NCBI GenBank assembly: GCA_964247055.1
Contig: OZ176057.1
Location: 4,402,001-4,466,000, forward strand
Source: Paragordius varius
Taxonomy: Eukaryota > Animalia > Nematomorpha
Length of the DNA: 64,000 nt
Direction of reading: 5' to 3'
Part shown: positions 36,848 through 51,384 of the stretch, in pieces
How the letters are laid out: each line of letters begins with the position of its first letter
Position numbering within the stretch: the first letter of the stretch is position 1
Position numbers and translations under genes: made by a program
Notes under the pieces: model-generated
The model's database searches: none
The model's input: the letters and a program-made list of their open reading frames with translations, nothing else
What the model was told of the DNA's origin: nothing

Positions 36848-39800
36848 GTTTTATTATTATTTTATTATATTGTATTTCATGCAACATTAAAAAATTTAAT
36901 TAATCACAACTTTTTAACCTTCTGCCAAAATACGGTAATCAAAATTTATAATTAATAATTTTGTTTGGTATACATATCTGAATATTTGCTTTATTAAAAA
37001 TATCTTAAAATTAGTAAATTTTTTGTTTTCGATTTGAAAAATGGAATATAATATTTATTAATTATAAAAAATTTAAAATTATTTATATGATAAGAATGTT
37101 CAACTGTGTAATTATGTGTTGACAATATTATAAGCTTTTTAAATTAAAAAAATACATATATTACTGATATTTTCGGGGAGCTGATTTTATTACTGACACA
37201 AAATGTTTGCACTATTTAAAAATTTTGTGAATGATGACATAAACATCTAAAATCTAAATTTTTACTTATGAAACTACATTACGTCGAAAAGTATTTGGAT
37301 CATATAATACTATATCTATGAGAAGCCTCTATCTGTATGGATTGTCCATTTATGATTGGATCCATAGTCCACTTGTTTCTTATAAAAAATATCATTTGAA
37401 ATACCTTTTATCCTTTCATTGTCAACAAAACTTAATTCCGAGAAAAAGTAAGCGTTAAAATTGAAACAAATTAAATGTAATTATTCAAGTTAACAAAATA
37501 AATCCATTTTGAAAATATTGACCTGAGGTAAAAATAAATTTTAAAAAAGGTTTATATATAAAATATTTTGGAAATTTCCAACACTTAAAAAGACAGATGC
37601 CAATGAAATTAACCCATATTAGGGAGTTTAAGATTTTCAAAAATGTAATTTTGAGTTCAGGAATCAAGATATTAGATTGCTAAAACTAGTGAAATTTGCC
37701 TTAGGACATACCTAACTTGTATAGAAATTTGGTTTTGATCATGCACCTCCTGGCATATTCGAAAATGAAATTATAAACAATTGACGCCCATAAACCACGT
37801 AAGAGCCGGTAATGACGTTACCCAGAGCTAAAAAGTCTTGGTTAAAATTAAGTATGTCAACTGATCCAATGTTTAGTATTATAATTTAAAAATTGTTCTT
37901 TAAACTAAATGGCACAAGAGGCATAGTTGCTATTTATATAGCAAAATACGTAAAAAAAATCTCTGCGTATAAGCCTAAAATTTTTTTATTCGGCCCGTTC
38001 AAATCTTTTGGTTAGTACCACTGCACTATACATATGTATGAATAAAATGTGGAAAAATAAATATTTTTATACATGGCCAATAAAAAGATCCAAAAATATA
38101 TACTGATAGATAAAAGCGTTACAATTCTTATTGTGTTTTTAACTCGATGATATTTTTAGTTATTTATATTGTAATTAAATTCATACCATAAAAATGACAA
38201 AATAATACCGCGGCCCGAGGGACGCATGCGATCTGTATTCTTTTTTATGGCCTTATCATTTATTAAATTTTTAGTTGATCTTATTTTGAGTATTTTTTTT
38301 CATATGTGTGAAACATTTATATATTGTTATCGGCAACGGCTTGAGACAAGATAACTATTTTTGCGGCCCTAAATATTTTTAGGTGAGTACTGTTATGCTA
38401 GATTATGCATTTTTAAATTCGTTTGTTTTTGAGTGGGGTGCCAACATAAATGGCTTTATGGGCATTTTTAATTTTAAAATCTAGAGGGCCGTATGTAAGA
38501 CTGTAAAATGCAAACACTATATAATAATTTTTTTTATTTGACCGTTGGGTATACCTTTTTAGTAAAATTGTTTAAGAAATATTTATTATCTAAGATTTTG
38601 TCAGCATATTTTTGCAAATCAGGATTTCCAAATTTTTCGCGCGGTTTAAGATATATGAAAAAACGCTTCCACTCTAATAGGGATAACTAATGACCTTAGT
38701 CCATATTTAAATTGATATCATTAAAAAAAACTAAAAGGCAAGATTTCAAAAATCCTTTATATCTAATTAAGCCAAATCTAAATAAAATTTAGATTTTAAT
38801 TAAAGTACATCAAACTACTTCGACGTCATTTTAATTTTACAAAATTTTGCGAAAATTCTGTTTTTTTTGTTTTTACTATAAAATAAATAATTTTTATGAA
38901 ATCACATATAACAATAATATAAATTCAAAAAAGTGGTGTTTTTTGAATTTATATTTAGCTAATCATGTAATTTTGACTAAATTTTTATCTTCAGGTTAAG
39001 CCATAAAATAAGGAGTATCTGGTTTTTTCGAGTAAATTTTTTTATATTTCGGTTCATCAATATTATTTAAGCGCAAACTTCAATGGTTTCAATTTACAAT
39101 TTTTAGTATTTGATTTTTAACAGGCCTGGTGTCATCAACGACTATTTGAATCGACTCATATTATTGTTGCATCCTTAATTAAATATTGTTTTTAAAAATA
39201 TTCCATTTTCATATGAAGTGAAACAATTAAAAAACGTTTATTCAAGCGTTTTGTACTATTTCTATCCTGCTTTAAAATTCGTATATAAAAAATTTTGCAA
39301 AAAATAGCAACTTTTTTAAAAAATTTTTTAGATGAGTAGAACATAAATCAATAAATTAGAGCGCAATATGAGCTACATCTAAAACACCGTATTAGATGGG
39401 TCATATAATTTAATGCCCACATGTTGCATTTATCTATCAGATACATATATATATTTTATAACGCACCGTTCACTTCCAGCTTTTACAATCAATTGAGACA
39501 AAAAATAGTTCATATCTAATCGGCGTAGGAGCTAATCAATGGTGAAATAATTTTGAAGCTATTCACTTGCAAACACTCTAGTTCAAATGAATTAAAAGTA
39601 AGGCTGCGTTTTTGATCGGTCAAAATAAAAAGCGCTTTGATTGCTTTTGAATGCAATCATCATTGCGAGAGTTATAAAATTGGATGAAACTAAGGGGGTA
39701 ACCGCAAATTTGGTCCCTATCATGTCATTATATATATATATAACAAAATAATTGTAATACTAACTGTTTTTCAATAAATTTAAAATAAAGGGTCAGATCC

Positions 39801-39880
39801 GCCCCTAGTCAATATTTTGATACTTTTTTGTTAGCAAGTAGGAATAATAACCTATATGCTTATTTCAATTTATTAATTGA

Positions 39881-39922
<42 letters not shown>

Positions 39923-39924
<2 letters not shown>

Positions 39925-40043
39925 ATCCGATTCTGTGTGTTTTAATTTGACTTTACCAGCCATACCCAATGTTTCATACCCAATGGTATTGTTGACATTT
40001 GATGGAGTTAATGTGAATGTGATCCAAAAAACTATTTATATCC
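39923..40043 (+). CDS. Candidate exon 2 of 7
   Basis: (TA)nTAG|GSDSVCFNLTLPAIPNVSYPMVLLTFDGVNVNVIQKTIYI+C|gtaagt; phase 0 in, phase 1 out. Confidence 0.6.
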
Positions 40044-41104
40044 GTAAGTTTTTGAGTATTAATATATATTATCCATTCTAATGATTTTATTATCACAAAA
40101 AAATTATTTTGTTGGTTGAAAAATATGTATTCATTCATTACCTTACAAATTGGGTTTTAGATGTTATATTTGTAATAAAAACAATAGAAGAAAGAAAACA
40201 TCACCGAAATTATAAATATATTAGGCATAATTTTTAATTAGAACAGTTTCGTTATTTGTACAATTTAAATATCTTTATAATTTCAACCGAAACAAACATT
40301 TTAAAATAATCATAAAGATTTTATTAAAAATAATTTAATCCTTAATCAAATTATGTTTAGCGATTTAGTAAATATCTCGAAAAAAACTTTGTAAAAGAGC
40401 AAATAATTACTTTAGTTGCCGCCGAATGTATTATTTTATATTAAGAATGGCAAATATCATAATTAAATAATTTTCAATTGGGTTAGTCCAAAAAACTATT
40501 GTATTTAAATTTGACTGATTTTTAAAAATTTACCAAATATTTTTTAGGACCAACACTTTTAATAAATTGAGCCAACAATTTATATATATAATATATTTTA
40601 TTTATAGCCCCGATTAAAAAAGGAGGTACATAATATGTTTTTTTATTAAAATACTGTGATCCACTTTATTAATTAATTTTATTTTTGATAATGGTTATTA
40701 AATTAAATTAAAACAATTTTGTAAGAATCCTTTTTTAAATATATTGAATTAAAATACTCAACAATTTGGAATTTAAAAGTAATTTTAATAATTATTTCAA
40801 AGTGATTGATTTACGTGTTATACCGTAGGATTAACTATGCATTGCTAGTTTTTCATTAATTTATTCAATCATGTAACCAAATAAATTAACTACTCACATT
40901 TTTGAAATAAAATTTTATTTTAATATCAATGTAAAACACATTAAAAATTATATTGGTTTATATAAGGTCACGGTCAGAAAAGCATCTGGTCAAACTACTT
41001 TGTTTATAATATCAAATATATTTTTTCAATATATTCTATATAATATATATTTTTGGCATAAATTAGTATTTAATAATTTAATACCACATTATTTTCATCG
41101 AAAG

Positions 41105-41229
41105 ACATGAAACTGTTTGTTAAAAACAACAAATGCTATGCAAATTTTAAATCAAACTACTTCCACCTAACAACCGAATTTATATTTAAACTTATTAACA
41201 ACCGAAACGTCATACAAACTTGGAATATG
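41105..41229 (+). CDS. Candidate exon 3 of 7
   Basis: aaag|(H)MKLFVKNNKCYANFKSNYFHLTTEFIFKLINNRNVIQTWNM|gttaat; phase 1 in, phase 0 out. Confidence 0.55.
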
Positions 41230-42348
41230 GTTAATTTTCTTATGTTATTTTTAAAATGTTTCATACAATTGGTTATAAAATATCGTTTATCATATCAGCT
41301 CGATTTATTTATTATTAATAAGTGGAAAATTTTGGAAAAACCATTTTTATTTAATTGTGGAAATTAGAATTAATTAATGACAATAAAATGGCGTTTTGGC
41401 GTCTTTTTTCTTTAAAGAGTCAATAATTTTCCTAAAACTTCCGTGATCAAAGAAATATAACGATATTATTCTTAAGATCGAATTAATAGAAAAAATATTT
41501 ATTTCATATATGTTTTTATGTAAATTTCTGATGAAAATTATTAACCTGCCTCCAAAATCGGAACAAAAAATATCTAATAATATATATACTGGAAAAATTA
41601 ATCAGGAATATAAGGGTTTTGGTGTTCGCTCTTACAAGAAAATTATTATCACTTATGTGGTAAATCCTCCATATGAGAAAATGGCACTGCGCAGATTGTT
41701 AACATTACATTACCTTTTGAGGTTGTATTTTATCACAGGGCGATATAAAATTTAAAAATCATAAGTATTAAAGGTATTAAATCTCGAATTTAAAAATATC
41801 TTATCTATAATCTTTTAGGCACATTATGAAATAAAATATTAAAAAATGTAAAATTGTAAAAAATCCTCAGCTCAAACTTTGTGCCATTTTTTCCATTAAT
41901 TTTTTTAATGCTAAACCAGGAATTAAATGTATATTTTGGTTAGGTGCAAATAATATCTAACTTTAAAAAGCTTCTACACTGTAACGGCAAAAATTTAATA
42001 TTTGATTTAATTATAACTGTTAGTTTCAATCGTGATTTAGAGCTTTTGTAAATTTAAACTCAAAAAGTAACAAAACTCTAAAAAATATAGGCTTTTATCT
42101 AAGGGTGTTTGACAATTAAATTTAAACGAAAAACTGCAGTGCATAAAAATTTTAACGAAATTTTTTTTTCTATGATAGCTTAGAAAAGGATTAGTGAATT
42201 TATTTGCCGTAAAATTATTTGTTTAGGAGTCCTAGTTTTTGAAATATTGAGAGAAAAGGGTAAAAAGTGAAAATTAAGCATAATTAGGAATATTAAAAAT
42301 AATGATAAACACATGATTTATTAAGATTTATTATCATTTTGACAAATA

Positions 42349-42858
42349 TACCATTTGCACTTTAAGAGAGTCCTTAAAGATTGCAAGTTGATTCTTGAAT
42401 ACTTCAACTAGGTCCTTAACCACGTCAAATTGGTCGTTTGACTTTTTTGTTTTGTTTTTAACTTTGATTTCATCTATTTTATCGTTTTTAACCTATTTTC
42501 TAATATTTAACATAAATTAAAATCCATAGCAACTTTCTAGAATATTTATTTGATTACATAATTAAAAAATAAGTTTTCTGGGTCATTATTTACATTTTTC
42601 ATTGAAAACATTTAAAAGTTAATATTTTGTTGAATTGAAAAAAAATAGTAACAAAAAAGTGGTTTTTGAATAAAAAATTTTATTTTTTAATTTATATGAT
42701 ATATAAAGAATATAATTTAAAAAATAATAAATTAAACTATATGCAAAAATTATGGTTAAATCAAAATTTAAAAATTTTAAAGACCAGAAGTGCTCATGAA
42801 CTTGCAGTATTCAAGGACCGACTTGAAATCTTCAAGGACACTCTTGTAGTACAAAGAT
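42349..42858. mobile_element. Family E MITE, diverged
   Basis: TA|TACCATTTGCACTTTAAGAG...TCAAGGACACTCTTGTAGTACAAAG; degenerate 21-bp units and shared core. Confidence 0.8.
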
Positions 42859-43749
42859 ATTTACAATTTAATAGCTCAAAATCATATAGATAGGGTTTAA
42901 ATAAAAACTCATAACAAATCGCGGCTACTTGAACGACAAAAAAATTAATGTAACTATATTATAGGTTATTTTAATTATTTACTAGCTAATCTCAAAAATC
43001 TTAACATTCATATGTACATTAAAACAAATTTATATAAAAAAAATAAAAATTATTGTTTTTTATTTTTCATTTTTTGTTGGTTTAAAAAATTCACTGTTTT
43101 ATTTTGGAATCCTACATAAGCGGGATTCATAAATTATTACAAAAGAAAGAAAGTGGTAAAAAATTAATCAAAATCCTACATCAAAAAAAATATATGTGTT
43201 AGACAACTTGTTACAAGGTACGGATTGTTAGTTGAGTATGGTACTTTTTCGTATTTTGCATATATTTATAAAATTTATTCCCGCTCATGTAAGATTTCAT
43301 AACAGTATAAATTTTTTATACACAAAATATTTTTTGGGTTTTATATTGATATGTAAGTTTTTTTTACTAAATAAATGAATGTTAAAATATTAATATTGAG
43401 TTAAGTTAGTAAATAAAATTAAAAAAATTATTTTAATATGTTCACTAAAAATTTTGTCTTTTAAGTATGTTAAAAAGATAACCCGATTTTTTAATCTGGG
43501 TTTTAATTAACACCCTAACTATATAATTTTAGCTATCAATATATTGATAATATCATAATCATAATATCTCAGGTTTTATCATTATTTTTTTAATTATCCT
43601 TGATTTTCACTTTTTTCCCAATTTTGATTTTCTCTTCATATTAAAAAACTAAGTCGCCAAAAAATAAAAATTTTAGCTGCAAATAAATTCGCTGTTAAGC
43701 TATCTCATGAAAATTTTTTTTTAAAATATTAATTCTCTTTTTGCACACA

Positions 43750-43794
<45 letters not shown>

Positions 43795-43796
<2 letters not shown>

Positions 43797-44482
43797 GAAT
43801 TTCGATATAAATATATTTTTAAAAAATGCATACTTTTTAAAATTTTTAAGCATAATACTATTTTGTGTAATGTGGAAACGACGGTATTAAAGCGTGTTGA
43901 AATATAGTTAAAACTCCTTTTTTATAATTCAAGGATTCTGAACATTTTAATCCCCTAGTTTTATTTAAAAGTTCGTTTGCTTTTAAATTTTTGTAAAAAT
44001 TTTGTGAAACACATTTTTTGTATAAAGCATGCCAAAAATTTTAGAAATCCTGAGGTAATGGAAATGTTCGTGACCAATGAATTACATTGATAAAGTATTT
44101 TATAATATCTCCAAGTGTTTTTATACCGTTCATGCGCGAAAATAGTATGAACTATGCTTCAACAAAATTTTGCTAAAAATTATAAAAAAGTTGCATTTTA
44201 AAAAATATTTTTAGATATCAAAATCTAACATAATTTTAAAAATTTTAACGCTCAGGATTTTTGCGTTCTTAAGAGAAACAGCCCATAGAAGAGTGATAAA
44301 ATTTGGGAGTTTCAGAGCCGAATCTAAACATAAAAAATGTTAAACATATATTTTTATTTTTTATATGTAATATATAATATTTTAGTGAATTTTTGGATTG
44401 AATTGAGTTTCCAACAAAAATTTTTATTAAATAATTCTCAAATTTTCTCATTTTTTGATATGGAAAACATACCACAAAAGTG
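43795..44482. mobile_element. Family C foldback MITE, left-truncated
   Basis: Internal family motifs and a right terminus ttttttgatatggaaaacataccacaaaagtg. Further Family C pieces at about 41650-42100, 45270-45620, 48560-48750 and 57990-58560. Confidence 0.65.
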
Positions 44483-44743
44483 TGAAAAACTTACATAAAT
44501 AACTCGTAAGAGCCAAAAGCACCATGTAATGATACATTATCAGAATATATAAACTTCATCAGTATATTTTATGGAGGACGTTATGTAATTCATAAATCTA
44601 CGTATTTAACAAACGCGAATTATTGGTTTTTTTATACACATTGTACAAAAAATATTTTGATGAAAATTTCCATAGAGTTAAGAGTTTTTAGAAAATTATT
44701 TTTTGTTCCATATGATAATCGTAAAATTTGTTTATTATGTTAA

Positions 44744-45261
44744 CACTTCGATTAAAATTGGGGAATCTAAATACCCCAGACAAAATTTAAGTTCGGATTT
44801 TTAAATTACTGCAGGATACGGTCCCAATTTAAAATTATGCTTTTATTCTAACAAAAATAGTATAAATATGCTAAAATATCTAAAAAATATTTGTTTTGAA
44901 AAAAAAGTTCCATGTCAAACTACTTAGACGCCATTTTTATTTTACAAAATTTTTGAAAAATATCGTCTTCATTTAATTTTAAGAGTAAAATTAAAGCTAA
45001 TTTTTTATTTAAATTACATTTTATAATTTTACCATTGACCAAATTTTACCTTTCGGTTTTAGCTTAAAATAAGTAATATCAACTATTTTTGAATAATTTT
45101 TTTTATATATTCCGGTTTATTAATGTTATTTAAGTGCAAAATTTTGCCATGGTTTCGATTCCTTTCATATTTTTTAAAGAATTCTATTTTAAACAGGCCT
45201 GGGGTATCCAACTACCCCAATTTGAACCGAAAGACTAAAATGAATGTCTTGTATTTAAGTG
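44744..45261 (+). mobile_element. Family A piggyBac-like MITE, complete
   Basis: TTAA|CACTTCGATT...GTATTTAAGTG|TTAA (TTAA at 44740-44743 and 45262-45265). Confidence 0.88.
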
Positions 45262-46915
45262 TTAAATCTTCATGGGAAAGCTAAACTTATCCGAAATCAC
45301 AATATCAAAATTTGTCATAAATGTTATAAAAGAATATTTTTAATTTGGATGTGAGTTCTGCAGATATCCCCTAACAAGCTAATTCAAATATGAACCTAAA
45401 AATGCTGATGCGCGATAATTTTTTTTAATAAATATCAAATTATGTCAAAAAAATATTTATTTAACGATTTGATCAGGATACTTTTTACCGCGGTTTTGGC
45501 TCTTATATAACAAACTTTATTGATATGTAAGCGCCGAAATTATTAAATATGAACCGATATATTTTCATAAAAATATAGATAGGAATTTTTAATAAATGCT
45601 AGTGTATGAACATCAAGAAAATATTTTTTAAAAAAGGCACATAACAAATTCGAACAAAAGAATTAACAATTTATTTTAAAAATCATAAAAAATGATTGTT
45701 ATAGATTATTTTAAACTATTCTTGGAAAAGAACATCGAAGTTATTATAATAATATTGTAGTGCATTTTAACATAACAAAATTCGTTGAGGCATGCACGGG
45801 TAATTTAAATTTTTAAAATTCATCGTATCCTGACGGACGTATATAATGTTATTATGTATAATAAAATGGTGCACAAATTATATAATATATCAGCAAAATT
45901 TGCTTAAAAATTTGAATTTAACAAAACTTTGAAACCGATGTTTTAAACTAAGGAAACGGTTTAAACTCATATTAGATAACAGAGAGCGCACAAAATTGGT
46001 GGGTAAAAATTATATCCTGTGGCTGAATAATTTTTTGATAAAATTTAAATGCTTTCATCCAAAAAATATCATTTAAAAATATCATAAACTATATTAACCA
46101 AAAAAATACTTGCGCGCGTCCTCACCTGATGAAACTTTTAAACACGAAAATTAAAAAATATTTTTCCCTAACTAGTCTTAAACCTTAACCTCATATAATT
46201 ATTTCAATTATTTTATTGTTATCTAGTTTTACTATCTTCTTCCATATTATATGCTTATTACCTTCTTTTACTTTATGTCATTCATACCATACCAATTCCC
46301 ATTTGTTTTGGTAGATCTTAATGCCTACCAATTTCCTATTTTACTTTGTCCTTTTCCTTGAAATATTATCATAGTTCTCTTATGTTTTAAATATTTTACT
46401 GGTTTCACGTTTTATAATAAATTATAGGCAAAAGATTTGGCTTTGCTAGCCACGCTTTTAGTGTAGTACCAACAATAAAGAAATGAATAGGAAAAAGGGA
46501 TGCTTGTATTTTGCTTGTTTATGGGTTATTGAAATAGTTAAACATATAGACATTGGGTGCTATAATAGCCGAATCATGAATGGTATTTTATAAGACACGA
46601 GGTCCCCCGCAAAAATAGGTTTATAACAAGAAAAGACAAATTTTATTGAATTCTAGACAAAAATTGGTCGCCCTCCCACAGCTCTGCGCCATATTTTTGT
46701 ATGTGTTTATATTTATCTTAGTTTAAGTATGGAATCCTTTGAAATATGGCACGGAGGACATTCTTTTGAAGAAATGACTTTGCATAATCCCATCTGTCTT
46801 AAGAGAGAGTCATTCGATAACCTAAAAAAGTGGTATTTAGTTACAAATTGATTTAATACTTGTCCCATGATATTTGTAAAGCTTGTATTTTACAAGGTTA
46901 TACCAAATTTAGTTA

Positions 46916-47992
46916 TACCATTTGCTCCTAAAAGTGTATCTGGGTCTTTTAACATATTAAATTGGTCCTTAATCACTTCAAGTTGGTCCCTGAATACAGG
47001 TTGTCGTTTGACTTTTTTGTTTTATTTTTAACTTTTATCAATCAAATCGTATATTATTTATCTATTTTATTTTTTTAACCTATTTTTTGTGTAACATAAA
47101 TATTAAATCAATATCAACTTTTAATCGTTATCATTATCTAAATTATTTAGGATATTTATAAGATTTTAACATGTAATAAATAAATATATAAGTTTTCTGA
47201 ATTAAAAATTCCATTTTTTCAATAAAAACATTTATATGGTAATAATTTTGTTAAATTGGTAAGTTTGATACAAAAAAATGGTTTTTCATTAGCACTTGGT
47301 TAAAACACATTTATTTTAGTCCTTCAATTCAAATTGGGGCAGTTGAATACAAGCCTGTTCAAAATTAAATTCTTTAAAAATATGGAAGGAATCGAAACCA
47401 TGGCAATATTTTGCACTTATATAACATTCATAAACCGGAATATATAAAAAAATTTATTCAAAGATACTTGATATTAGTTATTTTAAGCTAAAACCTAAAG
47501 GTAAAATTTGGTCAACGTGACATGTGTGCAATGGTAAAATTGAAAAATAATACAAAATAAACGTCTTTTTCTATTTCTATCAATGTTAGATGTAATTTAA
47601 ATAAATTAGCTTTAATTTTACCCTTAAAATTAAATGAAGACGATATTTTGCAAAAATTTTATAAAATGAAAATGGCGTCGAAGTAGTTTGACATGAAACT
47701 TTTTTTCCAAAACAAAATTTAGATAAATTAACATATTTATATAATTTTTATTAGGATAGCAGCATTTAAATTGGGACCGTTTCATTTAGTAGTTTTTATA
47801 AAATCATAACTCAAGTTTAGTCTGGGGTATTTGGATGCCCCAAGAATCAAAGTGTTAAAAAATTTATTTTAAAGAAAATAGGTTAAAAAAATAAATAATT
47901 GTAGAAATTATGGTTAAATCCAAACTTAATTTTTGGACTGAAATCTTTAAAAACCAACTTGAAGTGTTCAATACTTTTAAAATGCAAATCAA
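46916..47992. mobile_element. Family E MITE interrupted by a Family A MITE
   Basis: TA|TACCATTTGCTCC left end; the E core resumes after 47854 and ends ..aaccaacttgaagtgttca..aaatgcaaat. Confidence 0.75.
47293..47854 (-). mobile_element. Family A piggyBac-like MITE, reverse orientation
   Basis: CACTTGGTTAAAACAC...AATCAAAGTG|TTAA; reverse-complement homologue of 44744-45261. Confidence 0.85.
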
Positions 47993-49045
47993 CACCACGT
48001 GACATAATTTACTTATTTGTAAATTTTTTTAGCAAAGTTTTTATTTTAAAACGGAAACATTTTGTTAAATTCGACTAACAAATTATTTCCAAATAATGTC
48101 GGAAAGGTTTTGTATAGGGTGTGATTTTACACCGCTCCCTTTATGCAAATCGCCATTATGGTTCAGATTTTAAAAAAAAATTAATCAAAGTATTATATTT
48201 TCACTAGTAATTTTGATTCCCTACTCTTGTATTAAATAAATGTTATGGCGACTCAGCTCTGCGCTATTCGTTGTTTTTATCATAGTCCAAATTTAAACTC
48301 TTTTAAGATATTTATAGCTTAAATCTTGTCTATGTTCATTGTGAATTACATATTTTCATACCTAACGTATTTATTTTTGAACATATCTAATTTGGTTGAA
48401 TAATGAAGAAAACAAACATATCGAAAAAATTTTCAGGAACACTTACAGATAAGGTGAATCTTTTTGTTTGGTAAAGAAATACTTTGAAATAAAAAACACT
48501 TTTTCTATATGACACATTTGGATGTTAACTGCTAATTACTATCGAGCAATATTGACATCACATTATTAAAAAAATTACATTTTAGAGGGGTTCAATATGT
48601 AAATTTTGGAGCTCACATCTAAAAATTAAAATTTTGATTATATATTTTTTATCTTCTAATCTATTTTTAAAGTATTTTTTGGAAGCATTTACCAAAAATA
48701 TATTTAGCATAATATGATTATATTTAGCGATTTTTCTTACCACAAAAGTGTAGCTTTTCTTACATGAGAGAATATTGCTTTTTCTTTATAAAAATTTTTG
48801 GTTCACTGTCTAACATAAAGTTAAAGACTCGCCAAAATATTTTAATCTTATATATATATATATAATCAGCAACTTGTGTCTTAAAAGAGTATTTTTATTA
48901 TACATCAATTCATAAAAAATATTTTATCTTTGATGCGGTTTGATCTGCGATCGGCTTAAACGTGAAATATAGGTCGCACCAAATTACATTAAGTTAAAAA
49001 TTTATTTTGATTTATACCAATATATAAAAAATATATATGTTTTAG

Positions 49046-49154
49046 ATTAAGCCACCTTATGTATTTGACTTGAACATAAAATGTACGACATGCCAAATTT
49101 GCGTTAAGCCTATTATACCCCTGCTTGCCACGAATCCGTTCATAAAATGCAAAA
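49046..49154 (+). CDS. Candidate exon 4 of 7
   Basis: ttttag|IKPPYVFDLNIKCTTCQICVKPIIPLLATNPFIKCK+A|gtattt; phase 0 in, phase 1 out. Confidence 0.6.
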
Positions 49155-50139
49155 GTATTTGATTTTTTTATATTTATAATACATGTAACTAAAAAAAGTC
49201 AGAATAAAATTTACAATATTAGATCGTAAATATCATTTTAGCTTGAAAAAATTATAATTTATAAACATGTTTTAAAAGGATTGTATCAGATATAGATTAT
49301 TATAATTTCATGGAAGTCTTTTATAAAAAAATAAATATTTAAAAGAGAGACGACAAATGTTAATGTAAACGCATATTTTATTGTAGCTGAGCCAGCTCTA
49401 ATAATGATAATAAATGCTAGTTTTTATGAAATTTTGTCATGTAACATATGTATACAAAGCATAATGGCTAAAGCCAGAAAAGTCAATATATTTTTGGGCA
49501 CATTTACTCCTATTGTATATCCATAAAATATAGGTATTCTGTTTCGGTCCTATCTGAAGTTTTCGATAAATATTAAAAATCATACAATGATTGGTATACT
49601 GTTTGTGACATCCCGTCTAAGTAAATACTAAATATTATAAGGTTTCATTTCATTATTATATTGCTTGTTTTCAATTTTATCTATATATAATGTTAATCCT
49701 TTTGCAAAAAACGGTGATTTATCGCAACTTAATGTAAAACCCTAATTCTCGAACTGTTTTGGGCAAATTTTAAGCAACTTTTTGTAAACCGTTTAAAAAA
49801 TTTAAACGGTTTCAACACAGTTTCTATAACCGGACTGCCGTTATAATTATTAGAAAATTTTATTTTTATTATTAATTTCTATGCAACTGAGTTTTTAAGG
49901 TTATCTATATAATTTTTATTATAACAGTATAATTTTTGGATATTATGAAAAAATCTATTTTTATCTTATAATTTTTTTTTTATTTAAAAAATTTCGCAAA
50001 TTGTAAATCTCAAAAAATAAACTATAATCAGAACGTTTTGGCCAACATAAAATTAAATCAAAACCATAATCATACATTTTTTACAAAGGAATGCAGCAGT
50101 ATAACCAAACCTAAACGGTTTAAGTTCTTTTCCCTAGTA

Positions 50140-50368
50140 CAGTCATGTATCCTTTCTTTTATCAAAAATTTATTTTTTTTTGTTAAATGGGTATTATTTG
50201 GTAAAGAATGGAAAAAACAAGAGCTCTATGGTATTAACAATATCATATTCATCAAAAAAGTATAAGAATTACCATAGAGCTCTTGTTTTTTCCATTCTTT
50301 ACCAAATATTTATACTCATTTAACAAAAAAAAAATAAAATTTTTGATAAAATAAAGGATACATGACTG
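50140..50368. mobile_element. Young Tc1/mariner-type hairpin MITE (229 bp)
   Basis: TA|CAGTCATGTATCC...GGATACATGACTG|TA; near-perfect arms of about 95 bp around a ~38-nt spacer. Confidence 0.92.
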
Positions 50369-51188
50369 TAATATCAAAAATTAGGAAACAATATTTTTAC
50401 CATATTATATATTTTGGCTTACTGCTTATATAATTTTATTATATTCAAAAGATAGTTAGGCATTGTGTAGCTTTAACTAATGTAAAATCATAATATGTGG
50501 AATTAAAAACGGTTTCGACAGTTTTATAATCAAATGCACTACCAAGGTATCGAAAAATTTGTAAAATGGAAAACAGAGTCCATTACATAAATGATCTGTT
50601 GAAACATATTAACAGATCTGCCAGCATCTAAACATGTAAAGAAAGATACTACTGGTTATGTTAGAAATCGGTCCCAGTTGCCAATGCTTTCCTAATTGGT
50701 CAAATCCAACGCTTAAAATTACTTTGCCATTTAATTACATTATTAACACTTCATTACCCCTTAGGGTATCGATTTAAAATTTGCTTAACAAGTTTTTAAG
50801 GTATTGTGCCAAATTCAAAAGTTTTTAGGTGCATTCATTAAATTTTTTTAATTTTCTCATTCTTTAATTTTTAAATCGCTAATACAACAGAATAATAGAG
50901 AGCTTTTATGTAAGGTTAGCAAATATTGATTTATATTCAATATAAACCAGCTGTTTGTTTTATTTGGGTTTTGAAGTTATCTCAATTTGGTACTCTCGAT
51001 ATTTTTTATTTAATAGAGGAAAACAGTATTAAATTTAAACTAAAATAACTATAAAATAATTCACAAGTTAAAGTTCTGGGGTTGAAAACTACCCTAAAAA
51101 TGTAATATTCTAAAAAAGAAAAGGTAATCAAGTTTGTAAATAATTTAACTATTATGACATATAATTCGAGTTTATATTGTAAAAATAG

Positions 51189-51284
51189 AGTATGGGAGAC
51201 GGCGATTAATCTCTAATATGAATACGAACCAATCTCTGCCGGGTATTGTATCGAAGGCGGTTTTGACACGCCATAACAAAAATG
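51189..51284 (+). CDS. Candidate exon 5 of 7
   Basis: aatag|(K)YGRRRLISNMNTNQSLPGIVSKAVLTRHNKN+G|gtagtg; phase 1/1. An optional 39-nt phase 1/1 exon at 50616-50654 (LPASKHVKKDTT) could precede it. Confidence 0.6.
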
Positions 51285-51384
51285 GTAGTGTTAATTCATT
51301 AAATTAATTTTTTTATCTATAAGTTTATTCATAAATAGAATGTGATATATTGGTGTTCTTTTGTTTAATTAACTTTTTTTGCAG

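Noticed and set aside
35417-38240. A single large hAT element from CAGGGGTCTTCAAC (35417) to terminus-like sequences at ~36590 or ~38020
   Set aside because: No matching 8-bp TSD for either pairing; treated as unrelated terminal fragments, as are those at ~8860, 22860 and 55290.
41510-41755. 81-aa ORF as a further exon
   Set aside because: Its 3' half is the left terminus of a Family C MITE (cacttatgtggtaaatcctccatatgagaaaatgg), and it is not needed for phase continuity.
44511-44743. Open frame of ~77 codons, EPKAPCNDTLSEYINFISIFYGGRY...
   Set aside because: No start codon, phase incompatible with the chain, AT-biased residue composition, and it is wedged between two MITEs.
46728-46832. Exon-like island MESFEIWHGGHSFEEMTLHNPICLKRESFDNLKK
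   Set aside because: Phase 2/2 does not fit the neighbouring candidate exons, and no partner exons or recognisable motif were found.
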